A DNA stretch of 64,000 nucleotides, from the IMG/VR virus record IMGVR_UViG_3300021961_000078, positions 4,118 through 68,117 of that record. One strand, 5' to 3'. The DNA is from a virus. Positions 1 through 9,458 of the stretch are shown one piece after another. Each line of letters starts with the position of its first letter. Within the stretch, counting starts at the first letter, position 1. The position numbers and the translations under genes are program-made. The notes under the pieces were generated by a model. That model searched no databases and was not told the origin of the DNA. It saw only the letters and a program-made list of their open reading frames with translations.

Positions 1-228
1 TCCCTCAGTTAGATTACCTTTTTTGTTGAATGTGATGGGTTGACCATCATATAACCATCCATTCTGTTTGATGCCTTGATACAGATCATTGACCTGTTTC
101 TTGCATAGTTTTCTATTGTCATTGTTGTGGAAATCGAGAATATACTGGGCATGATCTCTATTCAGTTGATAGATGCCTACAGTTTTCTCTTCAGTGATCT
201 CAAAGGGTAGAGTTGTGGTGATTGTCAT
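1..228 (-). CDS. Partial ORF (runs off window edge), ParB/Srx-like N-terminal domain candidate
   Basis: ATG at 228 overlaps the MTase stop (ATGA); MTITTTLPFE...NNDNRKLCKKQVNDLYQGIKQNGWLYDGQPITFNKKGNLTEG resembles the segment before the DGQHR motif of ParB-like proteins. Confidence 0.5.
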   Translation of the reverse strand, partial: MTITTTLPFEITEEKTVGIYQLNRDHAQYILDFHNNDNRKLCKKQVNDLYQGIKQNGWLYDGQPITFNKKGNLTEG

Positions 229-1064
229 GATAAACGAGTGAGAAGGTTGTCAGTGAAAGGTTTTACTCGATCCACACACATTTGGTGATAGGTAGGATCA
301 ATCTCAAACCCGATAAAATTACGATGCTCTTCTAGGCAGACCTGGGCGGTGGTGCCAGCACCCATGAAAGGATCAAGCACGAGGTCATTCTTATCACTCC
401 AGGTGATAATATGCCCCCTTGCTAACTCTTCTGGCATCGTTGCAGGGTGCTTGTATGATGCTTTAGAGGATTGTCCAAACCCTCCGCTATTCTTAATCTT
501 CCAAATGTTGGTCCTTACGCCATACTCTCGGATTTCTTTGGACTTTCGTCCTGGGTCGTGCATTGACCCATCCTTACGCCTGGTTTTGGCGTTTCCGAAG
601 GAAGTATAACCTGCCCATGCATTTTTCTTGTCTTGAATGAGATTAACTGTCTTGGGTTTGCCCTTGGACAGGATAAAACAATACTCAAAGATCTGAGTAT
701 ATCTCACACTCTGAGGACCAGATGCAAATGCTGTGCCTGTCTTTTCATAGATCATAGTATCATGTAACCTGAGACCATGAGCATCCATAAAGTGAAGGCA
801 CTGACGAAAACTACTACCAGTTTCACTACCCTTTACCGTTGAATCATTGACATTCCACATAATAACACCGCCAGGTTTGAGCACCCGAGTGATACCAGCA
901 GCAACATCTTTGAAGACATTGAAGTCCCACTTGCTGCTGTCATTGTATGTGCGAAGGTCATCGTATGGTGGAGAAGTAACAACCAGATCCACAGACTCTT
1001 CATCCATGAGTTGCATCCCTTCGATGCAATTCATGAGGTGAGTATCATTCAGCGAGAGTTTCAT
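225..1064 (-). CDS. Site-specific DNA methyltransferase, beta class (N4-C/N6-A)
   Basis: DLVVTSPPY motif IV near N-terminus, HPATMP, and VLDPFMGAGTT motif I near C-terminus; likely start MKLSLND at 1064. Confidence 0.93.
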   Translation of the reverse strand: MKLSLNDTHLMNCIEGMQLMDEESVDLVVTSPPYDDLRTYNDSSKWDFNVFKDVAAGITRVLKPGGVIMWNVNDSTVKGSETGSSFRQCLHFMDAHGLRLHDTMIYEKTGTAFASGPQSVRYTQIFEYCFILSKGKPKTVNLIQDKKNAWAGYTSFGNAKTRRKDGSMHDPGRKSKEIREYGVRTNIWKIKNSGGFGQSSKASYKHPATMPEELARGHIITWSDKNDLVLDPFMGAGTTAQVCLEEHRNFIGFEIDPTYHQMCVDRVKPFTDNLLTRLS

Positions 1065-1650
1065 AGACGGTGTGGACAAACTTCTGGGTCTTACGCACTT
1101 TACCATAGATCACAGTGATGCAGTGCAGATCATCATTGTGGACACGAAGAGTAGAGAATCCGTTGTTATTGTTGCCAGTCTCACTCACTTTGTCATCCCA
1201 ACCAGTCTTAGGATTAGTGGCGAGGGAGAGATCAACAATAGCAGCAAATACAGAGGGGAAGATGTTACCCACCTGAGATGCTTTGACAACGAAGACTTTA
1301 TCAACCTTAGTCTTGCTGTGGTTGTTACCAGTAGCAAAGGAAGATGTGCTCTTGGTCAGAGTCAGTTTATTCTCCAACTTCTCGTTGAGAAGAATAGCAT
1401 CATAACCTGTAGTCTCCTCAGTGATGTAGTCAACACCACAATTCTCAGCAACATCCTGCAATGCAGGGTTGAAGACATTAGCGAGGAGTTTGGTCTTATC
1501 AACAGTAGTTTCACCGAAATACTCATCGAGATCGGTGAAACGACCGCCAGACATGATGCTAAGACCCTTCTGGAGGCGCTGGGTGGTCAGTGCGAGGGCA
1601 CTGGGGACCATACGGTAGAGGGCGTCAGCGAGGTTGGCGTTGGTGGTCAT
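1045..1650 (-). CDS. Hypothetical protein, possible PD-(D/E)xK restriction-type endonuclease
   Basis: GYD-x8-ENK acidic/lysine pattern; overlaps MTase start by 20 bp. Confidence 0.45.
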   Translation of the reverse strand: MTTNANLADALYRMVPSALALTTQRLQKGLSIMSGGRFTDLDEYFGETTVDKTKLLANVFNPALQDVAENCGVDYITEETTGYDAILLNEKLENKLTLTKSTSSFATGNNHSKTKVDKVFVVKASQVGNIFPSVFAAIVDLSLATNPKTGWDDKVSETGNNNNGFSTLRVHNDDLHCITVIYGKVRKTQKFVHTVYETLAE

Positions 1651-1675
1651 TGGATTGCGTTGCTTTGACCCTTTT

Positions 1676-1733
1676 AATATACACGCAAACGAGGGGTGCC
1701 GTCAAGATGGTGGACAGTTTATGCAACTGGCAC
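1676..1733 (-). promoter_or_regulatory. Sigma70-like early promoter with upstream GTGCCAGTT..AAACTGTCCAC element
   Basis: Minus strand: gtgccagttgcataaactgtccaccatc TTGACG-18bp-TATATT upstream of ORF 1045-1650. Confidence 0.65.
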
Positions 1734-2066
1734 AGGGATGCGGGTCACCGCATGGGGGAGCATCTCATTGCCAGGGTGATCATTCACTTTACCCTTATAT
1801 AGCACAACATCGTGCATATGACTATCATCAACCTCCAGATCATCCCAGTATTCACTAAACACTAAGAGATTACATTGCTCATACTTACGAGCAGATCCTA
1901 CTGGCAATTCCTTCTCTTTGAAGCAAATGCAAATATAGTCATCACATATGAAACTGATGAATCCTTCAGTTTCTTTATAGCGAGCACGCTGACCAATCTC
2001 TAGAGTTTGCAAGATCTTCTTGACCTCCAAGGGGATGCTCTCAGAGATTAGCAGCGGGATGGTCAT
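1719..2066 (-). CDS. Hypothetical protein
   Basis: 115 aa ORF, ATGA overlap with upstream oxygenase. Confidence 0.7.
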   Translation of the reverse strand: MTIPLLISESIPLEVKKILQTLEIGQRARYKETEGFISFICDDYICICFKEKELPVGSARKYEQCNLLVFSEYWDDLEVDDSHMHDVVLYKGKVNDHPGNEMLPHAVTRIPVPVA

Positions 2067-2689
2067 ATTGTCAACCTCGATTCCATTGATCCGACTGTGC
2101 CTTTAACAAAGTAGTTGAAAGCAACACTGTATCTATGAATCTTTGATGCACTTGCTGTTACATAATGTGGTATGTGTGAGGGAAAGATAAGGATCATTCC
2201 TTTCTCTGGTGTGATAGGAAACTCCCTCATGTTGTAGATATTTGGATCAACAATATCTAAGTTGACTGTGCTTGTTGCATATGTGGGAAACATTGATGGG
2301 ATGCTGAATATAATGTCACCACTATCTTCTGGAACAGAGAGATATACCACCCCACTAAACATGCTGTTGACATGCACATGTGAGGCGGCACGATCTCCCT
2401 CTAGGTGTAGATTAACCCAGGATGATTGATGATCAAGATAAACCGATTCTCTACTCGCTCCTAGTATTCCAAACACATAGTCGCTGAGGTGTGCCTCAAC
2501 AACTCTCTTCAAGTTGGGCACAGTTTCTAACCATCTTGTATTTGTGCTGATACTACCATTGTTGCCATAGGTAGGATCATCACCACATGGATTTACAAAC
2601 TGTGTGTTTTCTGCATTGATAATACAACCGTCATCTATATCACAATAATCAATGTATAACGGAGTAGAGAATAACGGGAGTATTTCCAT
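2063..2689 (-). CDS. Fe(II)/2OG oxygenase (TIGR02466-like)
   Basis: LFSTP N-terminus, SWVN, HVH...SGVVYL, IFPSHIPHYV, RYSVAFN; start MEILPLF at 2689. Confidence 0.85.
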   Translation of the reverse strand: MEILPLFSTPLYIDYCDIDDGCIINAENTQFVNPCGDDPTYGNNGSISTNTRWLETVPNLKRVVEAHLSDYVFGILGASRESVYLDHQSSWVNLHLEGDRAASHVHVNSMFSGVVYLSVPEDSGDIIFSIPSMFPTYATSTVNLDIVDPNIYNMREFPITPEKGMILIFPSHIPHYVTASASKIHRYSVAFNYFVKGTVGSMESRLTI

Positions 2690-2690
2690 A

Positions 2691-2849
2691 TTAACGTAGA
2701 TGCAATTTGTCTGCAATTTCACCAAGCAACTGTCGCTGATCTTCAGGCATTTCGCCATAACGATTGTAGCAGTCTTTTTGATATACAAAAAGTGCTCTTC
2801 TCAGTAGGTTTTTTTCCTCTCGGTCGAGGATTGCGCTTGTCAGTAACAT
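2691..2849 (-). CDS. Small hypothetical protein (52 aa)
   Basis: MLLTSAILDREEKNLLRRALFVYQKDCYNRYGEMPEDQRQLLGEIADKLHLR; fills gap, GGGGA upstream. Confidence 0.6.
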   Translation of the reverse strand: MLLTSAILDREEKNLLRRALFVYQKDCYNRYGEMPEDQRQLLGEIADKLHLR

Positions 2850-2900
2850 AGTCCCCAATCTCCTACGGAGTTGTCATTACTATTTAATGATAACGGAGTT

Positions 2901-3608
2901 TCAAGAGAGCGCAATGTTTCTCCATATTTCCTTAACTGTCTTGGTATCAAAACCTGCAATACCACGATCTTCTGGTGGTGGAGTTTCATTCATTTCATAG
3001 TCAACAAACAGAGACTGTCTTACATCAGGATCCATATACTTATATGCTAAGACATATCTATTAAACATAAACTTTGGTCCTGGTGGTCTACCTGTGTGTG
3101 GAATACGACCATCAAACATTACAACACGTCCAGGTCTAGGTTGCACAATACACTTTGCATCTAGATCATCATCAAAGAAAATAGTTTCCCCACCCCATTC
3201 AGGATGCCAAACTGGATTCATATAAACTAATACAGTTTTATTCTGTGCCACATTGAATGGTGCATCAACATGAATACCAGGAGAATTGCCATATCTGAGC
3301 ACATTGATATATGCAGAATAGCAGTGGTCACGAGGGGGCATCTCGGGCACCACCGCTTCAAGATAGGTCAGAATATCTTGCCACAAATTATTATTACTTG
3401 CTGCCAATCCTGCATTTTGAAAGTAATCAGGATCTTCAATGGGACAGAAGTTATGTAACTGATGTGTCCAATACATTCCTGCCCACTCAACATTAGGATT
3501 ATCTACGGTTGGGGGAGCATCAGTGCGACTGCATTTGTATGGCAGTTGAATGATCTCTTCCGCCAACTCCTGAGTTACTAGATTAGTATTGAATACTTGG
3601 ATTGTCAT
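2901..3608 (-). CDS. Fe(II)/2OG oxygenase (prolyl-4-hydroxylase-like)
   Basis: HVD, WHPEWGGETIFF, PGRVVMFDGRIPH, distal R. Confidence 0.88.
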   Translation of the reverse strand: MTIQVFNTNLVTQELAEEIIQLPYKCSRTDAPPTVDNPNVEWAGMYWTHQLHNFCPIEDPDYFQNAGLAASNNNLWQDILTYLEAVVPEMPPRDHCYSAYINVLRYGNSPGIHVDAPFNVAQNKTVLVYMNPVWHPEWGGETIFFDDDLDAKCIVQPRPGRVVMFDGRIPHTGRPPGPKFMFNRYVLAYKYMDPDVRQSLFVDYEMNETPPPEDRGIAGFDTKTVKEIWRNIALS

Positions 3609-4215
3609 TTACAAAGTTACCCATAATGTTGAGGGACATAACATATCTATCCTTATTACTATTATTGACTTCTGTCTTGTGAGTCAACCACCCTGGGAAG
3701 AATAATACATCTCCAGTTTCTACACTGATTGGACACCATTCGTGTCCGTCATCATAATAATGATAGTTAAGTGGTTCTCCCAATTTGTATATACTGAGAG
3801 GATTCTTGATCATGAATCTACCACTATTCTTTGGAACATGCAAGTATGCAGCAACAGCAACGGTGACATTTTGATGATGATGCTCTGCTGTCCATGCTCC
3901 TGGTGGATGCACATTGATCCACGATTCGGATAGATTCTTATTCATGGGAGCAAGTCTCCACGTCTCCCAAACATCATTAACCTTATCAAATAACCATGGT
4001 CTAAACTCTTCAAACTCATCCCATGCATGAGGTGGAAGGACTCTATTGATGACTACACTTGTTGTGCCACCACCTTTCTCATGGGTGTCATAATTATTCT
4101 CTTCGATCGTCTGCCTTGCTGCTAGCAAATGCCCATCAACTTTATCTTTGATTGTATTAAACTTGAAATCAAACTTACTCTTAAACACATAGGGGAATGG
4201 GTTAATTGATTTCAT
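3583..4215 (-). CDS. Fe(II)/2OG oxygenase (TIGR02466-like)
   Basis: SWINVHPPGAWTAEHHH, GDVLFFPGWLTHKT, RYVMSLN. Confidence 0.85.
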   Translation of the reverse strand: MKSINPFPYVFKSKFDFKFNTIKDKVDGHLLAARQTIEENNYDTHEKGGGTTSVVINRVLPPHAWDEFEEFRPWLFDKVNDVWETWRLAPMNKNLSESWINVHPPGAWTAEHHHQNVTVAVAAYLHVPKNSGRFMIKNPLSIYKLGEPLNYHYYDDGHEWCPISVETGDVLFFPGWLTHKTEVNNSNKDRYVMSLNIMGNFVNDNPSIQY

Positions 4216-4891
4216 AATACTTTCTCTTGGGACGTTGTATTGATGGCACTGACATCATAGGAATACTTATAGACAACCTCTTCTGTTTTGGTTGTGCTTG
4301 ATGATAACATCTCTCAGGTATGAATAACATATCTCCTGGTTGTAGCATCACATCAATGACACAATCAAGATCACTTTCTTTTGGATCTACATCAGCACTA
4401 ATCAACTCTGATTGTCTATTATTATAGACTTTCCAATGTGTCTCACCATCAACTTGTAGAATGAAGTTGTGTGCGTGATCTCTATGAATAGGGAAAGACT
4501 TAGAGTTTTCTAAACCACAATACACATGAAATGCTGCTGTGATGTTTGTAAATATACACTCAATCTCATTCAATAATTCTTGCTTACCTTTGATCCATTC
4601 AAAGTTATTGATGATGCAAGCGTGTCCTGCTTTGAAAGCATTACAAATGTCCTCAACTTCGGGTGTTGGTGGTGACCAGACACGATCATACATTGGGAAT
4701 GAAATATAGTCATTGGTCTTTTTATCAATGAATTGTATATCATAGAAATGAGGATTGTTAAGACAATACTCTACTTCTTTCCATGATACAAACTCTTCGG
4801 GATTATCACAAATGCCAGGAAAATGCTGTGGAGAATCATCAAGAAACCAATCTTTAGATGATAACAGTTTTGTCAGAGTCGAAGAGATCAT
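4202..4891 (-). CDS. JmjC/cupin-4 family oxygenase
   Basis: SFPIHRD..NFILQVDGETHWKVY, LQPGDMLFIPERCYHQA, RLSIS. Confidence 0.88.
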   Translation of the reverse strand: MISSTLTKLLSSKDWFLDDSPQHFPGICDNPEEFVSWKEVEYCLNNPHFYDIQFIDKKTNDYISFPMYDRVWSPPTPEVEDICNAFKAGHACIINNFEWIKGKQELLNEIECIFTNITAAFHVYCGLENSKSFPIHRDHAHNFILQVDGETHWKVYNNRQSELISADVDPKESDLDCVIDVMLQPGDMLFIPERCYHQAQPKQKRLSISIPMMSVPSIQRPKRKYYEIN

Positions 4892-5516
4892 AGTCTGATT
4901 TGAAATTAAGATTAAGAATCACACGATATGGATTAGTAACTGGATTCGATGATGAATGAAACTGATGTCCATCAAATACAAATAATTTATTTGCTTGTGG
5001 TGTTACTCTATGCTTAACTGTATATTCTTGTGTACGTGCCCTAAACCATCTCTCATCTACAGTGCCACTCTCAGGATCATCATACTGATCAAAGAATACT
5101 GTATCACCTGAAGAGTCATGAAAATAAAATAGAGCAGCATAATGATCCTCCTCACTATCAGTGTGGGCACCATTATGGTGATCAATGCCGTTATTTAATT
5201 GCAATGCAAGTCTCACCCTAAAGAATGTTACGGGGTGAGACATCGCATCTTGAATGTTATCCAATAGAGGTTGAAATGCTGGCAAATATGGACTCTCAAT
5301 ACCTCCCTGATCCAGAAGTAAGTGAGTGAATCCCACTGTCTTTTCTTCTGGTTTCATATCTAACAATCTATGCTCACCAAACTCATATCCCTTTGTGCTA
5401 TATGCAACATCTTCGGATAGGAAAAACCATGGGAATCCATTCATTCCAGATACAAGATCGGTAAGTCTATTCAGATATGACTGACCGATAACATTATCTA
5501 CTTGGATATATTTCAC
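4854..5516 (-). CDS. Fe(II)/2OG oxygenase
   Basis: HTD, SSGDTVFF, NKLFVFDGHQFHSSSNP, RVILNLN. Confidence 0.85.
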   Translation of the reverse strand: MKYIQVDNVIGQSYLNRLTDLVSGMNGFPWFFLSEDVAYSTKGYEFGEHRLLDMKPEEKTVGFTHLLLDQGGIESPYLPAFQPLLDNIQDAMSHPVTFFRVRLALQLNNGIDHHNGAHTDSEEDHYAALFYFHDSSGDTVFFDQYDDPESGTVDERWFRARTQEYTVKHRVTPQANKLFVFDGHQFHSSSNPVTNPYRVILNLNFKSDYDLFDSDKTVII

Positions 5517-6144
5517 GATAGTAATTTGAGAAAGGAATTATATTGAATGATAGAGAGATCCTATCATCATCACTGGCACTTTTGCTCACACTATGCTGCA
5601 ACCAAGACGGAAATAAGATCATCATATCATCCTTAGGATCCATGAAGTAATCAGTGCGATTATAATGCTCATTCTGATACTTGTTAAAATTAGCATCACA
5701 ACCCCAAGATTCTTTGAGCATCATGTCTTCAAATCTATTATGAAAGTTGATATGACCTGAGCAACATGATGGGACATCAACATAATAAACTCCAGACAAT
5801 ACTGACCCAGCATGTGTGTGAAGATTATTATAATGCCCCTTGCCATTAACATTCAACCACAGATTTGTGATCTTCAACGTATAGTCCTGAAATCCCCATT
5901 CATCACAAGCAAGATAAGCAATTTGCAGTATCTTGTCGCGAATCTCTCTCAGAGGATTATTGAGCATTACACTATCAATGAAGTCGTGAGATTGCCATCC
6001 CCCATAGTTGGTGGCAACTCTACCTTCAGGATCTTCTTGTCTAACAAGAGAGATAAACTGCTTTAGTTTATCTCTATCAACCCCACACTCTTCTTCAATC
6101 CAAAGTGGTGTGGGGAATAACAATTCAGTCTTCACTAAATTCAA
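5494..6144 (-). CDS. Fe(II)/2OG oxygenase (TIGR02466-like)
   Basis: LFPTP, GGWQS, WLNVN..HTH..LSGVYYV, LFPSWLQHSV, RISLSFN. Confidence 0.9.
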   Translation of the reverse strand: MNLVKTELLFPTPLWIEEECGVDRDKLKQFISLVRQEDPEGRVATNYGGWQSHDFIDSVMLNNPLREIRDKILQIAYLACDEWGFQDYTLKITNLWLNVNGKGHYNNLHTHAGSVLSGVYYVDVPSCCSGHINFHNRFEDMMLKESWGCDANFNKYQNEHYNRTDYFMDPKDDMMILFPSWLQHSVSKSASDDDRISLSFNIIPFSNYYREIYPSR

Positions 6145-6481
6145 ACTCCTTGTCAGTCACATTAGGATCAACATGCTTTTTATACAGATACAATGCTTCG
6201 ATTGCACCAGTAAGTTTGTTGAGGTGATCTTTCTTCAACTGCAATTCTTCCAGTGAAATCTTTGTGATCGTGGAAGTATAATGCATGTTATCAAGTGCTT
6301 CTTGCAGTTTCCAATACTCTTGTTTAGTATCTTCATGCTGCTGCAAGAAATTCATGACAAGTTGGTCAAATGTAATGAGACCTTCAATCTCATTTTCTTT
6401 TTCAATAACTCTTTTTTCTTCTTCAGTGGCAACACCTGCCACCTCGGCAATGTTCACTTCAGTTACAGTTTGCTCAGACAT
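6125..6481 (-). CDS. Hypothetical acidic coiled-coil protein
   Basis: 118 aa ORF tightly packed between neighbours. Confidence 0.7.
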   Translation of the reverse strand: MSEQTVTEVNIAEVAGVATEEEKRVIEKENEIEGLITFDQLVMNFLQQHEDTKQEYWKLQEALDNMHYTSTITKISLEELQLKKDHLNKLTGAIEALYLYKKHVDPNVTDKEFEFSED

Positions 6482-6483
6482 AG

Positions 6484-7362
6484 TTACATAAACCTCTTGA
6501 TGTTTTTATTTAGCGCAAGAATCACTTTATGTGTCTTGATTCTTTCTTTTAGAGTTTCCATCTCCATAAAGTTTTTGAATCTTTGATATTCCATGATGTT
6601 GTTATTCTCAAGATCATACTCATTTGCAGTCTCAACTACAACATTCCACCCCTGCATCTTTAAGAAATCACGATGCACAGGCACCCATTGACACAGCGGT
6701 GTGCCTGCTTTGACCAGATATTCTCCTGCTTCAATCTTATGCCAAAAGAGTTGAAGATTGATCTCATAAGAATAAGATGGATCAACAATACCTATGGGTG
6801 GTGTAAATCTATCCTCATCCCAATATGGGATAGGCATTTGAATAAACACTACATCTGGATGTGCTTGCACACGCCAAGGCAATTCTAGTTTGACTGTCCA
6901 ATCGAGCACATCCTTTGTTTGATCTACAAGATCACGCATACCTTCAGTCTGCTGTGGAATATGTGCCTTAACATATCTCTGATTGTTATTGAATAGCATC
7001 TGAGATGCCCACTCAAAGTTGACACCAGTGCCATCAGTCTTGATAATAAAGTCGGCAGGTGCAGGCAAAACGTATCCACTATCCATCAAACCTGTCAATG
7101 CTGGGCATGTAACAGCATGAGAATATATTTCTGGTGTGCCATCTCTACCATGCATTTCATTCTGCACTCTTTCCCACAATTTCTTTACACGAAGATATGG
7201 GCAACGTTTTGAAGGATCATTCTGCTGTTTGATAGCATCAGTCCTCCATTTACGATGTAATTTCCTTGCAGGAAACCAAGGATGCAGATCTGCAACTCCA
7301 GGATCTACCGAATAGAATCTAATCCACGGTTTCTTCTTCTTGAATATATTCATCAGTGCCAT
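6484..7362 (-). CDS. Hypothetical protein, dUTPase-like beta fold suspected
   Basis: CPALT..MDSGYVLPAPADF, KLELPW, GIVD..YSYEINL, VKAGTPLCQWVP patterns. Confidence 0.55.
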   Translation of the reverse strand: MALMNIFKKKKPWIRFYSVDPGVADLHPWFPARKLHRKWRTDAIKQQNDPSKRCPYLRVKKLWERVQNEMHGRDGTPEIYSHAVTCPALTGLMDSGYVLPAPADFIIKTDGTGVNFEWASQMLFNNNQRYVKAHIPQQTEGMRDLVDQTKDVLDWTVKLELPWRVQAHPDVVFIQMPIPYWDEDRFTPPIGIVDPSYSYEINLQLFWHKIEAGEYLVKAGTPLCQWVPVHRDFLKMQGWNVVVETANEYDLENNNIMEYQRFKNFMEMETLKERIKTHKVILALNKNIKRFM

Positions 7363-8941
7363 AGATAAACTTCAGTAGGTATTCGTAATGCGTGTTTTGT
7401 CTGCTTGCCCATTCTAACACAACTTGTCGATCAAGTTGCCATTTATCATGGATTTCTTTTACAATGTCTAGACGACTATCAACATCGTATTTTGCCTTCT
7501 CCATGTAGAATGTTTCATTGATAGGTCGAAATCCTTGACCCGCAGCAATGTATATAGATCCCTGAAGTTTAGCAGAATCATAGAATGCATTCTCAATACC
7601 ATCTAAGAGATTAAATACATCATTATATGCATTGATTGTTGACGGAAATGCATCTTTCGGTAGTGGGAATGTGATCTTACTTGTGCAATCTCTCCAGTAT
7701 GGTGTATCTTCACGCATACTCAATGCATAATGAAGTGCAATGAAGTTTTTCATTGACTCTATCATATTATCGGTAATCCAATTATATGAGTCTGTATCAA
7801 ACCTCAAAACATGACCTTGGCGTCGCGACAGAGTATCGCACAGATAAATTAGATTCTCATGAGTTGTCATCAGTCCTGTAGATTCCAATGGTTCTAGGAA
7901 ACCAAATGACAATCCAACACCAACTACATTCTTTTCCCATGCAACTTTGTGCTTACCGTGTTTAATCCTGATCGGGAATACGTCGGCACTTCGGGCAATT
8001 TCGGGCGAAAATCTTCCCGATAGGTATTTTCTAAACTCAATCTCAGCATCATGATCTGAAATATGTTTGCTGCTATAAACATATCCTGTGCCAATACGAT
8101 GCCACAGTGGGATATTCCAGACCCATCCACTACTCAAAGCAACACAGTCAGTATATGTTTCCATATCCTCCTGCCTATTAACATATGGGATGCGTGTTGC
8201 CATTGCTCTATCATTAAAGAGCATGTGATTGAATGACTCAAACTCAACACCCATGTGCTGCTCAAGTAGTAATGACTTGAATCCTGTGCAATCTAAGAAT
8301 AGATCTGCGGATACAATTCCCCCATCAGAGGTTACAATAGAATCAATATACCCATCAGGTCTCTTAATTACATTCTCAATATCACCCTTGAGATGCACAA
8401 CACCATTGGGTACTGCAATGTTGTCTCTTAGATATTCTCCAAACAATGCTGCATCCAAATGATATGCAGTATCGTTATCGAAATTAAATGTAGATCCAGG
8501 AATCTCTTTAGCAATTCTACATTCATCTGCCAAGAATGTATTGAGATTGGCAAAGCGGGCAAATTCTTCGGGTGGATATAATTCATATCCAAATTGACAC
8601 TGCAATTCAAAGAATCTCAACAGAGCATCCCTGTAATCGATCATGTCAAAGTGACCGAAAGGATACTGGAATCTCTCTCCCTTCCCCTCTCTAAAATCCT
8701 TAAATGCAATGGAAGTTTTATAAGTTGCATTACATGCAGGCATCCAATCAGAATCCTTCAAATCTAATCGTCTGAGGAATCGATTGAAGTGTCCTAGTGT
8801 AGATTCACCCACACCGATCGTTGGCACTCGTTCAGACTCAATCAGAGCGATCTCCATGTCTGGAAATGTTTTGGACAGCAGTGCTGCTGCCATCCATCCA
8901 CTACTACCGCCGCCAACAATACAAATACTTTCTACTTTCAT
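7319..8941 (-). CDS. prnA: Flavin-dependent (tryptophan-type) halogenase
   Basis: IVGGGSSGW, IGVGEST, NATYK (catalytic Lys position), WVWNIP (WxWxIP), FLEPLESTG; start MKVESI at 8941. Confidence 0.93.
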   Translation of the reverse strand: MKVESICIVGGGSSGWMAAALLSKTFPDMEIALIESERVPTIGVGESTLGHFNRFLRRLDLKDSDWMPACNATYKTSIAFKDFREGKGERFQYPFGHFDMIDYRDALLRFFELQCQFGYELYPPEEFARFANLNTFLADECRIAKEIPGSTFNFDNDTAYHLDAALFGEYLRDNIAVPNGVVHLKGDIENVIKRPDGYIDSIVTSDGGIVSADLFLDCTGFKSLLLEQHMGVEFESFNHMLFNDRAMATRIPYVNRQEDMETYTDCVALSSGWVWNIPLWHRIGTGYVYSSKHISDHDAEIEFRKYLSGRFSPEIARSADVFPIRIKHGKHKVAWEKNVVGVGLSFGFLEPLESTGLMTTHENLIYLCDTLSRRQGHVLRFDTDSYNWITDNMIESMKNFIALHYALSMREDTPYWRDCTSKITFPLPKDAFPSTINAYNDVFNLLDGIENAFYDSAKLQGSIYIAAGQGFRPINETFYMEKAKYDVDSRLDIVKEIHDKWQLDRQVVLEWASRQNTHYEYLLKFIYGTDEYIQEEETVD

Positions 8942-8944
8942 ACT

Positions 8945-8974
8945 AAAAAAATAGAGGTGTTTACTCACCTCTAT
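8945..8974 (-). terminator. Hairpin plus U-tract immediately before halogenase start
   Basis: Minus strand ATAGAGGTG-agtaaa-CACCTCTAT-TTTTTT then AGT-ATG. Confidence 0.65.
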
Positions 8975-8995
8975 GTATGCTTTACTATTTTGTTA

Positions 8996-9427
8996 TTATA
9001 CGCCAGGTGGCACCCAGTTGTCAACCCAAGGATCCCACGCTGCTCTTCCGTCAAGTTGCACTTTCTTAGGATCTTCCACAAACTCAGGAATAGATGTGGG
9101 TGAAGTTGTGCTTGCTTTTACTGCTGCAATATGATCTCTCCAGCGAGTGCCACCATCAAGAGAATCTTTATACTGCATATCTAATTGCTCACCAATAGGA
9201 CCATATGCCAATTCTCGATCAACAACAGCACTTCGTCTCAGATCTTCTTGCTCACTGTGATGGATAACTACACCATTTACCATCACATGTTCGTATGTGC
9301 AGTCATCAGGCACTGATACCCACTTCATTTCAGCATCAGGACCTTCATAGATCTCAAACTTATCTGCCTCATCACAGATGTCTGATAGTTGTCCTGTTGT
9401 CTTACTGCAAATTGCTACTTTTGCCAT
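8996..9427 (-). CDS. Tail-fibre-associated/assembly-type protein
   Basis: YGPIGEQLDMQYKD..WRDHIAAVK motif; late promoter upstream. Confidence 0.55.
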   Translation of the reverse strand: MAKVAICSKTTGQLSDICDEADKFEIYEGPDAEMKWVSVPDDCTYEHVMVNGVVIHHSEQEDLRRSAVVDRELAYGPIGEQLDMQYKDSLDGGTRWRDHIAAVKASTTSPTSIPEFVEDPKKVQLDGRAAWDPWVDNWVPPGV

Positions 9428-9450
9428 GATAGATTAAACTCCTTCGTTGT

Positions 9451-9458
9451 TATTTATA
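9451..9458 (-). promoter_or_regulatory. T4-type late promoter TATAAATA
   Basis: tatttata on + strand, 24 bp upstream of the 9427 start. Confidence 0.75.
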
